A DNA stretch of 64,000 nucleotides. Source: Candidatus Bathyarchaeia archaeon (GTDB taxonomy: Archaea; Thermoproteota; Bathyarchaeia; Bathyarchaeales; Bathycorpusculaceae). The position numbers and the translations under genes were made by a program. This document shows, in pieces, positions 39,372 to 49,713 of this stretch. The stretch lies in assembly GCA_049515895.1 (NCBI GenBank), contig JBEKTQ010000007.1, forward strand, positions 32,001 through 96,000, in the 5' to 3' direction. Each line of letters begins with the position of its first letter. Positions within the stretch are counted from its first letter, which is position 1. The notes under the pieces were generated by a model. That model had not been told where the DNA came from. It saw nothing but the letters and a program-made list of their open reading frames with translations, and made no database searches.

Positions 39372-39608
39372 TTTCTTTCCTTTGAGTTCCTGAAAAAATC
39401 TAACCTGTAAGTCAAACGAACTCTTTGAGCATCACAATAAATTCTTAAACCGTGCTTCTTGCGAAGCGCAGCAGACAGCTTTTTAAAAACTTCCCTTTAT
39501 CGATTACTCACTATATAAAAAGACAGATAACTATCACGAAAAATTTATATTTAAATATCTGATTGTTGAATTCCGTTTGTATTAAAAGAATAAAACTTGG
39601 TGAAAATT

Positions 39609-41285
39609 ATGTCTCAAGGTGGAGGAACAGTTCCAATTCTGGTACTTAGAGAAGGAACCGGCCGAACAACTGGCCGCGAAGCACAAAAAAACAACATAAT
39701 GGCTGCAAAAATAGTGGCTGAATCAGTGAAAAGTACGCTTGGTCCCTGCGGCATGGATAAAATGCTCGTTAACAGCATGGGCGACGTCGCCATAACTAAT
39801 GATGGTGCAACAATAATGAAGGAGCTAGACATTCAGCATCCCGCAGCAAAAATGCTTGTTGAAGTTGCCAAAGCTCAAGACAATGAGGTCGGCGACGGAA
39901 CAACGACAGCGGTAATTCTGGCTGGAGAGTTGCTTTCAAAGGCTGAAGGCTTGCTTGACAAAAACGTGCATCCGACAGTTATAATTGAAGGTTACAAGAA
40001 GGCAAGTGAGAAAGCCCAAGAAATTTTGGATCAAATAGCCGTTCCTATTTCGATAGATGATGAAAAAACCCTGAAGGATGTGGCAATCACATCCCTGGCT
40101 AGCAAAGGCATTAATGTTGCTGAAGAGCACTTTGCAAAAATTATCGTTGAGGCAGTTAAACAAGTTTCTGAAAAAATCGACGGAAAATACAAAGCTGACA
40201 TTGACCTTGTAAAAGTCGTCAAGAAACACGGCAAAAGCCTAGACGATACAGAGCTTGTCAGAGGAATGGTTATCGACAAGGAAGTTGCAAGCTCACAGAT
40301 GCCCAAGGTGATCGACGGCGCCAAAATCGCCCTGTTAGATGCAAAGCTGGAGATTGAGAAAACAGAGTTCGATGCTAAAATCAACATTGAAAGCCCCGAC
40401 CAAATGCAGCTTTTCCTCGACGAAGAAGAACGCATGCTCAAAGAAATGGTTACGTCAATTACGAAATCCGGTGCAAACGTTGTCTTCTGCGAAAAAGGCA
40501 TTGACGACATGGTACTGCACTTCCTCAGCAAAGGCGGAGTCTTAGCAGTTAAAAGCGTTAGTAGCAGCGACATAGAAAAACTATCCAAAGCAACAGGCGC
40601 CACGATAGTTGCAAGCGTGAAAGACCTCAAAGCTGATGTTCTCGGCAAAGCAAAACGCGTTGAAGAGGTCAAAATCGGCGATGACAAACTCATCTATGTC
40701 CGGGACGCTAAGAACCCCAAAGCTGTAACAATAGTCATCCGAGGCGCATCCAACCATGTCATCGACGAAGCAGAACGTTCACTGCACGACGGCTTATGCG
40801 TTGTGCGTAACGCGATTGAAGACGGCAAAATCGTTGCAGGCGGCGGAGCACCCGAAGCAGAACTAGCCAAAGGCTTGCGCGCATACGCAGTTAAGGTCGG
40901 CGGACGCGAACAACTCGCGGTAGAAGCCTACGCGGAAGCAATCGAATCAATCCCGCTTACGTTGGCAGAGAACGCAGGATTAGACCCCATAGATATCATG
41001 GTAGCACTTAGGGCGCAACATGAGAAGCCAGACGGAAAGTACTTCGGCATCGAAGTTACAACAGGCAAAATCAAAAACATGCTAAACCTGCTAGTAATTG
41101 AGCCACTAAGGGTGAAGCTACAAGTCATAAAATCAGCCACCGAAGCTGCAAACATGATACTCAAAATCGACGACCTAATCAGCGTCAAAGGCGGCGGAAA
41201 AATGCCTCCGATGCCTCCAGGCGGAATGGGCGGCGGTATGGGTGGAATGGGTGGCATGGGCGGTATGGGCGGAATGCCCTACTAA
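39609..41285 (+). CDS. ths: Thermosome subunit (group II chaperonin)
   Basis: TLGP.GMDKML, TNDGATI, GDGTTT, GGGAPE, GGM tail; TATA TTTATATTTA near 39544. Confidence 0.97.
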   Translation: MSQGGGTVPILVLREGTGRTTGREAQKNNIMAAKIVAESVKSTLGPCGMDKMLVNSMGDVAITNDGATIMKELDIQHPAAKMLVEVAKAQDNEVGDGTTTAVILAGELLSKAEGLLDKNVHPTVIIEGYKKASEKAQEILDQIAVPISIDDEKTLKDVAITSLASKGINVAEEHFAKIIVEAVKQVSEKIDGKYKADIDLVKVVKKHGKSLDDTELVRGMVIDKEVASSQMPKVIDGAKIALLDAKLEIEKTEFDAKINIESPDQMQLFLDEEERMLKEMVTSITKSGANVVFCEKGIDDMVLHFLSKGGVLAVKSVSSSDIEKLSKATGATIVASVKDLKADVLGKAKRVEEVKIGDDKLIYVRDAKNPKAVTIVIRGASNHVIDEAERSLHDGLCVVRNAIEDGKIVAGGGAPEAELAKGLRAYAVKVGGREQLAVEAYAEAIESIPLTLAENAGLDPIDIMVALRAQHEKPDGKYFGIEVTTGKIKNMLNLLVIEPLRVKLQVIKSATEAANMILKIDDLISVKGGGKMPPMPPGGMGGGMGGMGGMGGMGGMPY

Positions 41286-41292
41286 AACCCAA

Positions 41293-41320
41293 CTTTCTTT
41301 TTTCTTTTTAAATTTTTTAG
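41293..41320 (+). terminator. Oligo-T terminator after the thermosome gene
   Basis: CTTTCTTTTTCTTTTTAAATTTTTT follows the stop codon. Confidence 0.6.
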
Positions 41321-41420
41321 ACCAATTGTTGCGGTTGCTTTTTAATCTGTTATGCATTCTTAAACTGTAAACTTATATTCAAAACGGCTCAACATTATTC
41401 GGTGTCCTGGAGGCTTACAC

Positions 41421-42155
41421 ATGAAGCATGTTAAGATAACAGCGTTTGATTGCCCTGATGCATGGTTCAAAGCCTTAAAAAGCATATGGACTGAAGGAGA
41501 CGATTTCCAAGTTGGCTATGGCTCAGAGGAAACCATGACGAAGAAACTCAATTTAACCCTGGAGGTCAACCATCCCGAGAATCGTCCCCTTGTCAGTGAC
41601 AAGGCTCCATGTGACATGAAGTATGTCCAGTGGTACGCTTTGACATATTTGTGGTGCGGTGAAGGCAAGCAAGATGAAACCTACACGTACGGTAGCAGGT
41701 TACGGGAGCCCGTTGACCAAGTTGAAGAAGCCATCAACCGTTACGTGAAAGAGCAGCGAGACAGGCAAATAACAATGGTCGTAAGATTGCCTGACGATAT
41801 CAAATTGTTCTGTCCAGGCACGACTGAGCGCCACGAACCCCCCTGCCTAAGCCTGATTGACACGGAAATTCTCAACGGAAAAATGCACCTGACTTGCTAC
41901 TTCCGTAGCTGGGATGCCTACGCAGGGTTACCTGCAAACATTGCTGGACTGCAATTGTTCAATGAAGCCTTCGTGTCAGAGATTAACGAGCGGGGAAATC
42001 TTTGTTTGACAACGGGTAAACTGATTTTTCACTCCAAAAACTGCCATATCTACAAAAGGCAGTTCAACCTTATTAAGGAACTCTTTGAGCCCAAGGAAGC
42101 TTCAAGGACTGATCGAATGGCAAAAACCTTCAATGCCTGTGAAAAAGAAGAATAA
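41421..42155 (+). CDS. thyA: Archaeal thymidylate synthase family protein
   Basis: YTYGSRL, PPCL, FRSWD...G.PAN, HIY. Confidence 0.8.
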   Translation: MKHVKITAFDCPDAWFKALKSIWTEGDDFQVGYGSEETMTKKLNLTLEVNHPENRPLVSDKAPCDMKYVQWYALTYLWCGEGKQDETYTYGSRLREPVDQVEEAINRYVKEQRDRQITMVVRLPDDIKLFCPGTTERHEPPCLSLIDTEILNGKMHLTCYFRSWDAYAGLPANIAGLQLFNEAFVSEINERGNLCLTTGKLIFHSKNCHIYKRQFNLIKELFEPKEASRTDRMAKTFNACEKEE

Positions 42156-42162
42156 GCAACTG

Positions 42163-43539
42163 CTAAAGGTCCCGTTTTACCGGATAGCCAAGGTTTGTCC
42201 AAGCGTTCATGCCCCCAAGAACATTGCTGATGTTTCTGAAGTCTCCCCTTTCAAGTAAACTTGCTGCAATGCTGGAGCGGTTGCCTACGGAGCAAGTGAC
42301 TGCGATGGGCTTATCCCTGGGCAGGAAACCTGCTTTTTCTGGCAGGTCAGCGAAGAAAATTCGCGTTGCACCTTCCACAACGCCTTCCTCTTTCCACTCG
42401 TTTGGTTCACGAACATCCAAAAGAGCAACTTCACCCATGTCCAGTTTGTCTTTAAGTTCAAGAACAGACATTGTCCTCGTGCTGCTAAGGGGTTTGCCAG
42501 TTTCCTGCCACTCATTCATTCCTCCACATAGGTAACCGCACACGTTATCAAACCCGAGCCTGCGCAATCTCGGGGCAGCAATATCAATGTCGCTTGGTCG
42601 CTCATGAACGAAGATGAGGTATTGGTTGGTATCCAAGAGCCAGCCTGGGTAAACGCTCGTTCCGCCGAGCCACATGCTTAGCGAGTTGGGAATATGTGCG
42701 CCCGAATAAGCGTTGGGCTGCCGCGTGTCCATAACCATAACAAGAGGTTCTTGCATTTCATCCTCAAACTCCTGAAGCGAAAAAGGCTTGGGATACGACA
42801 GCTTACTCAGAAGAGGCGGACCATTCTGGTTGTATTCTTCCATTTTGCGGAAGTAACTCGGCACAACTAGCTCTTCACCCGTCGATTTCAGTACGAATTC
42901 TTCCTTGCTTAGACGTAAATACGGGTTGGTTTTCTTCTCGTAGCCGATGGCTGTTGACTCCTGCCCGCTTATACTCCGCCCGCAAATACTTCCTGCTCCA
43001 TGCCCAGGGTAAACAAGAACACCATCCTCAAGCGGCAGCAATTTCTCGTATAGGCTAACGTAAAGTTTTTCTGCTTGCCTTGGCTGGGCGGTTTTGCCGT
43101 AGAGGTCGGTTCTTCCGACTGAGCCAGCGAAAAGTGTGTCGCCGCTGAAAACCATCTCTATCTCGTTGCTGTCTGGCGAATAGGCAAGGTAACATATGGA
43201 TTCGTTTGTGTGCCCAGGCGTATGCAGCGCTTCGATCTTGACTTTGCCAACGTTTAAGGTGTCGCCGTCGGAGAGGTTGTGCTCTCCATACTTGAACTGC
43301 AGTGCGTTGCTGTGCCCGATTTCCGCCTCAGTCATATTTTGAAGTTCGAGCGAGCCTGTCACGTAATCTTCGTTTCTGTGGGTTTCAAGAATATACTTGA
43401 GTTTGGCGCATTCCTTTTGAGCAAGCTCAATATAGACGTCGCAGTCGCGCCTCGGGTCAATGACAGCTGCTTCGCCTTCGTCTGATAGGTAGTAGCTGTT
43501 ATGCGCTAAACCTTCCGACTTGATTATTTGCAGCTTCGT
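42163..43539 (-). CDS. MBL-fold hydrolase with two rhodanese domains
   Basis: The frame extends 59 codons upstream of 43362 to an ACG: (M)KLQIIKSEGLAHNSYY..IDPRRD..ETHRNEDY. Also TPGHT, GDTLF, PGHGAGS.CG, CSVGNRS. Confidence 0.88.
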   Translation of the reverse strand, partial: TKLQIIKSEGLAHNSYYLSDEGEAAVIDPRRDCDVYIELAQKECAKLKYILETHRNEDYVTGSLELQNMTEAEIGHSNALQFKYGEHNLSDGDTLNVGKVKIEALHTPGHTNESICYLAYSPDSNEIEMVFSGDTLFAGSVGRTDLYGKTAQPRQAEKLYVSLYEKLLPLEDGVLVYPGHGAGSICGRSISGQESTAIGYEKKTNPYLRLSKEEFVLKSTGEELVVPSYFRKMEEYNQNGPPLLSKLSYPKPFSLQEFEDEMQEPLVMVMDTRQPNAYSGAHIPNSLSMWLGGTSVYPGWLLDTNQYLIFVHERPSDIDIAAPRLRRLGFDNVCGYLCGGMNEWQETGKPLSSTRTMSVLELKDKLDMGEVALLDVREPNEWKEEGVVEGATRIFFADLPEKAGFLPRDKPIAVTCSVGNRSSIAASLLERGDFRNISNVLGGMNAWTNLGYPVKRDL

Positions 43540-43557
43540 ATGATTCGCCCACTGAGC

Positions 43558-44772
43558 TTATTGTTGCCAGTCTAACAGGCGCTTCTCGCCCTGCAGCATT
43601 TGGATGTCAGTTACATCTTGCACTACTTCCATCGTACCAAGGTACTTTCCCTCTCGATCGCGCACTGCGAAAAACCTGATGTGTACCATGCGTCCTGCCA
43701 TGTTAATCCAGAATTCAGCCACGCTCTTTTTTCCAGCCTTGAAAGATTCCACTATCCCGTTTACGGTGTCGATGCTTTGTGCTGGGTGGCAGTTTTGCAC
43801 TTTTCTGCCGATAATAGCTTTCGTACGCACAAAAATGATTTTCTCAGGCTTGTTAAAGTACCGAACAGTATCATGCTCATCGATGAACGTAATTTCAACA
43901 GGCAGCGCGTTAAGCAAACTGTCGAGCTGTTCTTTGGTTAGGTTGCCATTTTCAAACTGCATGATGCCAGTGGGCGTTGGCACCTGCGCTTCCTCAACGC
44001 GCTCTTTGGGCGCAAGCACTAGCTCAGGCGGTGTGAAGCAGCAGTAGCCGATGGCGTCGAATTCCTTGCGAACCTCAACCCATTCCTGCCGTGTCATAAC
44101 GCTTAGCGACGCTGGGAAAAGAATGTTGTTTTCTTTGTAGAAGTGGCTCGGCAAAAGGTTCCCCAATGTTTTCGCTGTCTCCCACAGGTCATTTTTGAAA
44201 GCTGCGTAGCCAGCTTCATTAAGCTCTACCATGAGCGCTTGAAGCTTCTTTTTCTGCTTCCTTATGTCGTCGTGTTCCATCCACATCACGGCTGGAGGCT
44301 CAACAATCCCGTGTTTTTCAAGCATGGGGAAAAGCACGTTTTCTTCCCTGAGATAGTGCTTTTCTGAATCAGCGAAGTCGCTGGCTAAATGTTCAACCTG
44401 ATGAATATCCTCGCTCACGTAACGCACGTCGTTAACTTTCAGTATCTTATTGGCCAGAACAACGAGGTCTTCAGCCATCTTGGTCATTATCTTATGCTCC
44501 TCCATGAGGATGCTGATAGGCTGGCTGGGTTTGAGGTTAAGGTTTTGTTTCTCGATTTGCTCCCTGAAAATAGCCATGTGGACGTCGCATAGTTTTCGCA
44601 TGTCCTCTCTTTTCAAGCCTTCTTTAACGAGTTCCTCCTCGATCTTGGCGATTTCCAAAGAATCTGTTCCTTCAAAGACAGTTCGGAATTTCTCCTTAAC
44701 TTGCTCGGGGGGCACTCCAGCGTGCAACTGCCGTATTGCCTCTTTAATCTGTGTTTTCTTATCTTCCGACAA
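43558..44772 (-). CDS. DUF438-hemerythrin-PAS protein
   Basis: LCDVH, EEH, HYLREE..LFP, MW.EHD, H..KE..ILFP, CHP in the PAS domain. Confidence 0.9.
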   Translation of the reverse strand: MSEDKKTQIKEAIRQLHAGVPPEQVKEKFRTVFEGTDSLEIAKIEEELVKEGLKREDMRKLCDVHMAIFREQIEKQNLNLKPSQPISILMEEHKIMTKMAEDLVVLANKILKVNDVRYVSEDIHQVEHLASDFADSEKHYLREENVLFPMLEKHGIVEPPAVMWMEHDDIRKQKKKLQALMVELNEAGYAAFKNDLWETAKTLGNLLPSHFYKENNILFPASLSVMTRQEWVEVRKEFDAIGYCCFTPPELVLAPKERVEEAQVPTPTGIMQFENGNLTKEQLDSLLNALPVEITFIDEHDTVRYFNKPEKIIFVRTKAIIGRKVQNCHPAQSIDTVNGIVESFKAGKKSVAEFWINMAGRMVHIRFFAVRDREGKYLGTMEVVQDVTDIQMLQGEKRLLDWQQ

Positions 44773-44881
44773 AAGCCGTTACCTCTGCAAATATATCAAA
44801 AAGCTAAGGATTTATTCCTTTCCAAAAAGGATCGAGCAAGGTTTTAAAGGTCACTTTTAACTAGAATGATTAGGGAAATCA

Positions 44882-45397
44882 ATGGGTTACTTTGAGAAGT
44901 GGAAAGTGCTTGAGGACCTTATGCGAGAGCTTCGGAGAAAAGGCCTCGAGACTCCTCCAAATGTTATTAACGATTTAAGAAGCGCTAAGATGATGATCAA
45001 AATCGCTGAGGCGGAAGAAAGCCGGGGTGATGTCGTTTTGAAGCTGGAGGAAATCCTCGGCAGCGTCGAATTAGACCTTATGGCAGAAGCACAAACTGTC
45101 CTTAGCGCCGAAGAAGTTGATGAGTGGCTCAGACGCCTTGACGAAGCCAGTTTGACAACATGCGAAATAAAAGGTGAAAGGGAAACCACCTTGATCACAG
45201 GGATTCCAAGAGACCAGAAATGGATAAGAGTAGAGCCCATACCCAACTTGCCTCCAGAGAAGCTTACAGTGATAGCTAAGGAAAACAGCCTTTCAGTGAA
45301 CCTGCAAAAGGACGGCCGGCTAGTAGTTTACGGTCAACAGGAAAGCATCAAGGCATTTCTTAAGAAAATGACGGAGGAGGCGCAGTCAAAAGAATAA
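44882..45397 (+). CDS. DUF2096-like protein
   Basis: W.VL.DL..ELR..G...P.....DLR.AK; G.PR...W.RV. Confidence 0.7.
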   Translation: MGYFEKWKVLEDLMRELRRKGLETPPNVINDLRSAKMMIKIAEAEESRGDVVLKLEEILGSVELDLMAEAQTVLSAEEVDEWLRRLDEASLTTCEIKGERETTLITGIPRDQKWIRVEPIPNLPPEKLTVIAKENSLSVNLQKDGRLVVYGQQESIKAFLKKMTEEAQSKE

Positions 45398-45465
45398 AAC
45401 TGCCAGATAGTCAGCGATCGATTTAGTGTTTTTGTTTCGATATGTTTTTTACGTAAAGTTCGCTA

Positions 45466-46728
45466 GTGTGCATCACTGTGACCATTGTGGTGAAGCTTAA
45501 GGGATTCCAAAAATTAACATTGACCGACAAAGCCCTGCAAACATGGCTTGAGACACTGCAAATTGGCAAGCCTAAGTCCGAATTAGTGTCTTTGCAGGAT
45601 GCGTCAGGGCGTATTTTAGCTGAAGACCTAGTCGCTCAGGAAAGTTTGCCGCGGTTTGACAAGTCAGCCATGGATGGGTACGCGCTGAACTCTGGGGATT
45701 CAGCCGGTGCTTCACAATCTAAGCCCTCAGTTTTCCAGTTAACCGACAGCCCTGAGCTGGGACCCAAGCAAGCCAAGCAGGTTTGGACTGGAAACCCAAT
45801 TCCGAAAGGCGCCGATGCCGTTATCATGCTTGAAAACACCCAGAAAAAAGAAGGCAAACTTGAGGTTTGGAGTCGTCTTGTTCCAGGCGAAAACGTCGCC
45901 AAAATCGGTGAAGACCTTAAAAAAGGCACTCTTGTGGTTAAGGGTGGCGCTCGCTTGAACCCCTACCACATAGGCTTGGCTGCTGCCTTGGGTTATCGCC
46001 AACTGAAAGTGGCCGCCAAACCGAAGATAGGCATAGTCGCTACAGGAAACGAGCTTGCAGAGGCAGGAAAGAAGCTTAGCGGCAGCATGATTTTCGATTC
46101 AAACAAAGTTATGATTTCAACCATGTGCTCAGAACTCGGCACAGAAACAACCGACTTTGGCATCGCAAGAGACGACGTGGATGAAATAGCCGAAAAAATC
46201 CGCGAGGCGCTTAAAACGCAGGACGCTGTTGTTACCACCGGCGGCACGAGCGTTGGCGGATTAGACTTGGTGCCTGATGCTGTCAACAAGCTTGGAAAGC
46301 CAGGAGTAGTTATTCACGGCGTCGCACTTAGACCTGCGATGCCAACGGCACTAGCCATGCTCGAAAGTAAACCCGTTTTGATTTTGTCCGGTAACCCCGT
46401 TGCGGCAATTGTCGGTTTTGAAGTATTCGGGCGGCCGATGGTTTGTAGGCTGCTCGGCATGAGTGAAACGGAGCCAAGACCCATGTTGAAAGCTGTTCTG
46501 TCAAGAAGAGTTGCGAGTGCCTTGGGAAGAAAAACCTACGTTCGAGTCCGAGTGACCTTGAAGGAAGGCGAGTTTTACGCTGAGCCGGTCAGCGCGAAGG
46601 GTTCGGGTTCAATTTCCACCATGACGCAGAGTAATGGTTTCGTAGTTGTACCTGAAAATCGCGAAGGTGTAAGCGAAGGCGAAACTGTTATCGTGCACAT
46701 GTTTGGCGCCTTGGAGGCTGAGTCCTGA
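45466..46728 (+). CDS. moeA: Molybdopterin molybdenumtransferase MoeA
   Basis: P.FD.SAMDGYA, TG..IP.GADAV, TGGTSVG..D, L.GNP. Confidence 0.93.
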   Translation: MCITVTIVVKLKGFQKLTLTDKALQTWLETLQIGKPKSELVSLQDASGRILAEDLVAQESLPRFDKSAMDGYALNSGDSAGASQSKPSVFQLTDSPELGPKQAKQVWTGNPIPKGADAVIMLENTQKKEGKLEVWSRLVPGENVAKIGEDLKKGTLVVKGGARLNPYHIGLAAALGYRQLKVAAKPKIGIVATGNELAEAGKKLSGSMIFDSNKVMISTMCSELGTETTDFGIARDDVDEIAEKIREALKTQDAVVTTGGTSVGGLDLVPDAVNKLGKPGVVIHGVALRPAMPTALAMLESKPVLILSGNPVAAIVGFEVFGRPMVCRLLGMSETEPRPMLKAVLSRRVASALGRKTYVRVRVTLKEGEFYAEPVSAKGSGSISTMTQSNGFVVVPENREGVSEGETVIVHMFGALEAES

Positions 46729-47979
46729 GTGTTTAGGAAACTTATGACCTTTGAAGAAGCCCAAAGAGCCATTGCATCCCAGTTTAAGCCCCCAGCTTTG
46801 GGCGAAGAAGAAGCGGTGCTTCTTGAAGCTTATAATCGCGTCCTATCCGAAGACGTGGTTTCAGCCCTTGATATTCCACCGTTCAGCCGCTCTACCATGG
46901 ACGGGTACGCTGTGAAAGCCGAGGACACTTTCGGGGCTGACGAAAACCAGCCAGCAATCCTCAAAGTTGCAGGCGTTGTAAGCGTTGGGGAGCAGCCTCA
47001 AGTTAAGGTTGGTAAGAGTGAAGCGGTTGAAATTGTCACTGGAGCGCCGATTCCTGACGGCGCCGACGCAGTGGTTATGATTGAGGACACCGAACGGGAA
47101 GACAGCGAACTACACGTTTTCAGCCCCGTCACTCCGAACGAGAATATCATGAAACGCGGCTCAGACATAAAAATGGGCGAGTCCGTGCTCAAGAAGGGGC
47201 AGCTTTTGGGTTCTTCAGAGATTGGTGTTTTGGCAGCTTTGGGTTTGACGAAGGTTAAAGTCTCAAAGGTTCCCATGGTTGCCGTTTTATCGACAGGCGG
47301 CGAAGTAACCGAGCCGGGGAAGCCTTTGCCTCCGGGAAAAATTTACGATATCAACGCTTACAGCATCAGTACAGCAGTGGTGGAAAGCGGCGGCAAACCC
47401 GTTTATTTCGGCGTCGTAACGGACGACAAAGAGGCTTTGTCTAAGGCTTTACATGCGGCATTAGCTTCTGCTGACATGGTAATCACTTCAGGCGGCGTCT
47501 CTGTGGGTCCGCGGGATTATACTCCGCAAATCGTGGATTCGCTGGGAAAACCGGGCATTGTAGTTTACGGCATCGCCGTCAAGCCGGGCAAACCGACCAC
47601 TGTTGGGTTCGTCGGGGATAAACCTGTTTTTTCTCTGCCGGGTCATCCCACGTCAGCGTTACTGATTTTTTATTTGCTGGCTAGACCCTTGATCCAGCAG
47701 TTGGCTGGCCGACCAGTTGCCGCGATGAAAACGGTTCGCGCCGCTGCTGGATCACGAATGTTTAGCGCTAAAGGAAGGCGAACGTTCGTTATGGTTAGGT
47801 TGATGTTTGATAAAAGCTGCCGTTTGATCGCTGAGCCAGTTGAATCTGGCGCTTCGGGAGCAATCACTACGCTGGCGAAGGCAGACGGGTTCGTTGAGAT
47901 TCCTGAAAATGAGCAGTTTGTCGATGCAGACGAAGATGTCGCGGTCTTTCTTTTTCGTAGCGTACCTGGTAAAGCTTAG
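46729..47979 (+). CDS. moeA: Molybdopterin molybdenumtransferase MoeA, paralog
   Basis: PPF.RS.MDGYAV, SGG.SVG..D, KPGKP, LPGHP. Confidence 0.93.
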   Translation: MFRKLMTFEEAQRAIASQFKPPALGEEEAVLLEAYNRVLSEDVVSALDIPPFSRSTMDGYAVKAEDTFGADENQPAILKVAGVVSVGEQPQVKVGKSEAVEIVTGAPIPDGADAVVMIEDTEREDSELHVFSPVTPNENIMKRGSDIKMGESVLKKGQLLGSSEIGVLAALGLTKVKVSKVPMVAVLSTGGEVTEPGKPLPPGKIYDINAYSISTAVVESGGKPVYFGVVTDDKEALSKALHAALASADMVITSGGVSVGPRDYTPQIVDSLGKPGIVVYGIAVKPGKPTTVGFVGDKPVFSLPGHPTSALLIFYLLARPLIQQLAGRPVAAMKTVRAAAGSRMFSAKGRRTFVMVRLMFDKSCRLIAEPVESGASGAITTLAKADGFVEIPENEQFVDADEDVAVFLFRSVPGKA

Positions 47980-48172
47980 GGTCTAGGAAGGCTTTCGTTT
48001 TCTTTACATAAAGCCGTATTTGTTCAGAACTTTTCTTGCCGTTTTAGAAATTCTTGTTTCTTCTAATTGTTCATGCAAATAAGCAAGAAACGCTTGAATT
48101 AAAACAGCCTTTGTGGTTAATCCAAAAGTTATTTAACAGTCAAAAGGCCACTGGGTTCAAGAAACTTTGGCT

Positions 48173-48556
48173 CTAAGGTTTTCTTCTTATCAACAGGAGA
48201 TAGATGGCGAAAACCCAAGTAAGCACCAGGTAGCCAACCATGGATAAGCCTATCAATGCGTTGCTGAATCCTGCCACAACCAACGTGTAGAGGGTGAAGG
48301 TTGAAGCGGCTACGAACAGGATGAATATTAGCCACGGAGCCCAACCCCGTTTTGTGAAGACCCCGTAAGCCACTATTAGGCTTAGGATTCCCAACAGCCC
48401 AAGCTGTGGCGCATAGCTTGCGAAAGGAAGCGAAACCAAAAGGATTATTCCACTGAGTGCGTAGAAAGCTAATGCTATCAGCTCGATGCGGTTAAGGTCT
48501 TTCAGTCTAGACGCTAAAGCTAAAGACATTTTTGTGCTCGCCTTTACCTTATGCAT
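48173..48556 (-). CDS. Small four-TM membrane protein
   Basis: Four hydrophobic segments. Confidence 0.65.
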   Translation of the reverse strand: MHKVKASTKMSLALASRLKDLNRIELIALAFYALSGIILLVSLPFASYAPQLGLLGILSLIVAYGVFTKRGWAPWLIFILFVAASTFTLYTLVVAGFSNALIGLSMVGYLVLTWVFAIYLLLIRRKP

Positions 48557-48598
48557 TAAGGGTATAACTAATAAGTTTTTGCGGTAACGAACAAGGAG

Positions 48599-49543
48599 CT
48601 AACTGGCTTTTTCCCTCTGCAAATAACCTCTCCGCCTAACCACGAAGACACTTCCCAGTCCAGCGACAGCAACAATGAGCAAAACCACGAACAGGTCAAA
48701 TCCAAAGTTCGAGTCCGATGACGTTTGGGAAGGCGGTGTTACATGCGCTTTGGTCTCTACAGGTGCAGGCATTCCGCTTGGGAAGATGCTGAAAGCCAAA
48801 GGGTTCACGAGTGGGTGGTTATCTTGGATTAAACGCTCGTAGCTGGAGTTGTAGCTGTAGGGCGTATCCCATACTCCTGTTGAACCCAACTGCGAAGCCT
48901 TCGGGTACCTTGCTGTGTATTCTGCCCAGTAGTTACCGTCAACTGTTTCGCCGCCGCCTATCTCCAAGCTTACGCCGCCTGCCAAGTTGTTGTGTATTAT
49001 CGTGTTGCAGCTGCTGCCGAAATGCATATAGACTGCTGGGTCCCCGCTGATGGTGCAGCATGAGACGTTGTTGCCTCCGCATGCCCAGAAGAAGACCCCG
49101 CCTTGTAAGCCGTTTATGGTGTTTGCGATGTAGTCATTGCAGATTGTGTCATTGCCGCCTCCGCTAGCGTCTATGCTGAAATCGAAGTTTATTATTGCCA
49201 GATTCTTGATGGTGACGTTCCAGATTTCGTCTGGTCCCGGTATTCTTGTCACGTTGTTTGAGAGGTCGATTCCTGCGCTTCTCAGGGTTCCGTCCCCATT
49301 TAAGGCGTAACCCGCGCCGTTAATGACTATGTTACTCCGATGCACCACGATGACACCTGAAAAGTTGCCTGTCAAAGTGTAAACGTTTCCGTTGCGGGCA
49401 AGAGGCACATCTGACGGCTGAACGCTTCCATCGGAATTGATGCCGATGACGTTTGTAGAGGTTTGGGCTTGGGCGAAAAGATTCGGCAGGCTTGAGAAGC
49501 TGAGGAGGAACAGGATTAGGAGAGCGCAACAGGTTTTCCGCAT
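48599..49543 (-). CDS. Secreted right-handed beta-helix (NosD/CASH-like) protein with a C-terminal anchor
   Basis: Signal peptide, I..DGSV, NIVINGAGY.L.G, GNYW..Y, D.HPL, TM plus RRR. Confidence 0.8.
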   Translation of the reverse strand: MRKTCCALLILFLLSFSSLPNLFAQAQTSTNVIGINSDGSVQPSDVPLARNGNVYTLTGNFSGVIVVHRSNIVINGAGYALNGDGTLRSAGIDLSNNVTRIPGPDEIWNVTIKNLAIINFDFSIDASGGGNDTICNDYIANTINGLQGGVFFWACGGNNVSCCTISGDPAVYMHFGSSCNTIIHNNLAGGVSLEIGGGETVDGNYWAEYTARYPKASQLGSTGVWDTPYSYNSSYERLIQDNHPLVNPLAFSIFPSGMPAPVETKAHVTPPSQTSSDSNFGFDLFVVLLIVAVAGLGSVFVVRRRGYLQREKAS

Positions 49544-49713
49544 ATTTCCACGCAATGCAGTATTGCGTACGATCATATTACTCTCCCCGAGGAACGAAGT
49601 GTTCTCCTAAAAGAACAGGCTTGCCTCCACAATCAGGGCTTGGTAGCGGGGGAGAGCGAAAAAGTTTAGAACCCGTCTTGATGCAGATACATTCAGAAGA
49701 GGATTGAAGTTTC

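Noticed and set aside
40031-41257. Long antisense ORFs over the thermosome, and similar ones over other genes
   Set aside because: Codon-bias shadows of confident genes on the opposite strand
48008-48127. Minus-strand frame FGLTTKAVLIQAFLAYLHEQLEE..YGFM*
   Set aside because: No start codon or recognisable family; at most a gene remnant
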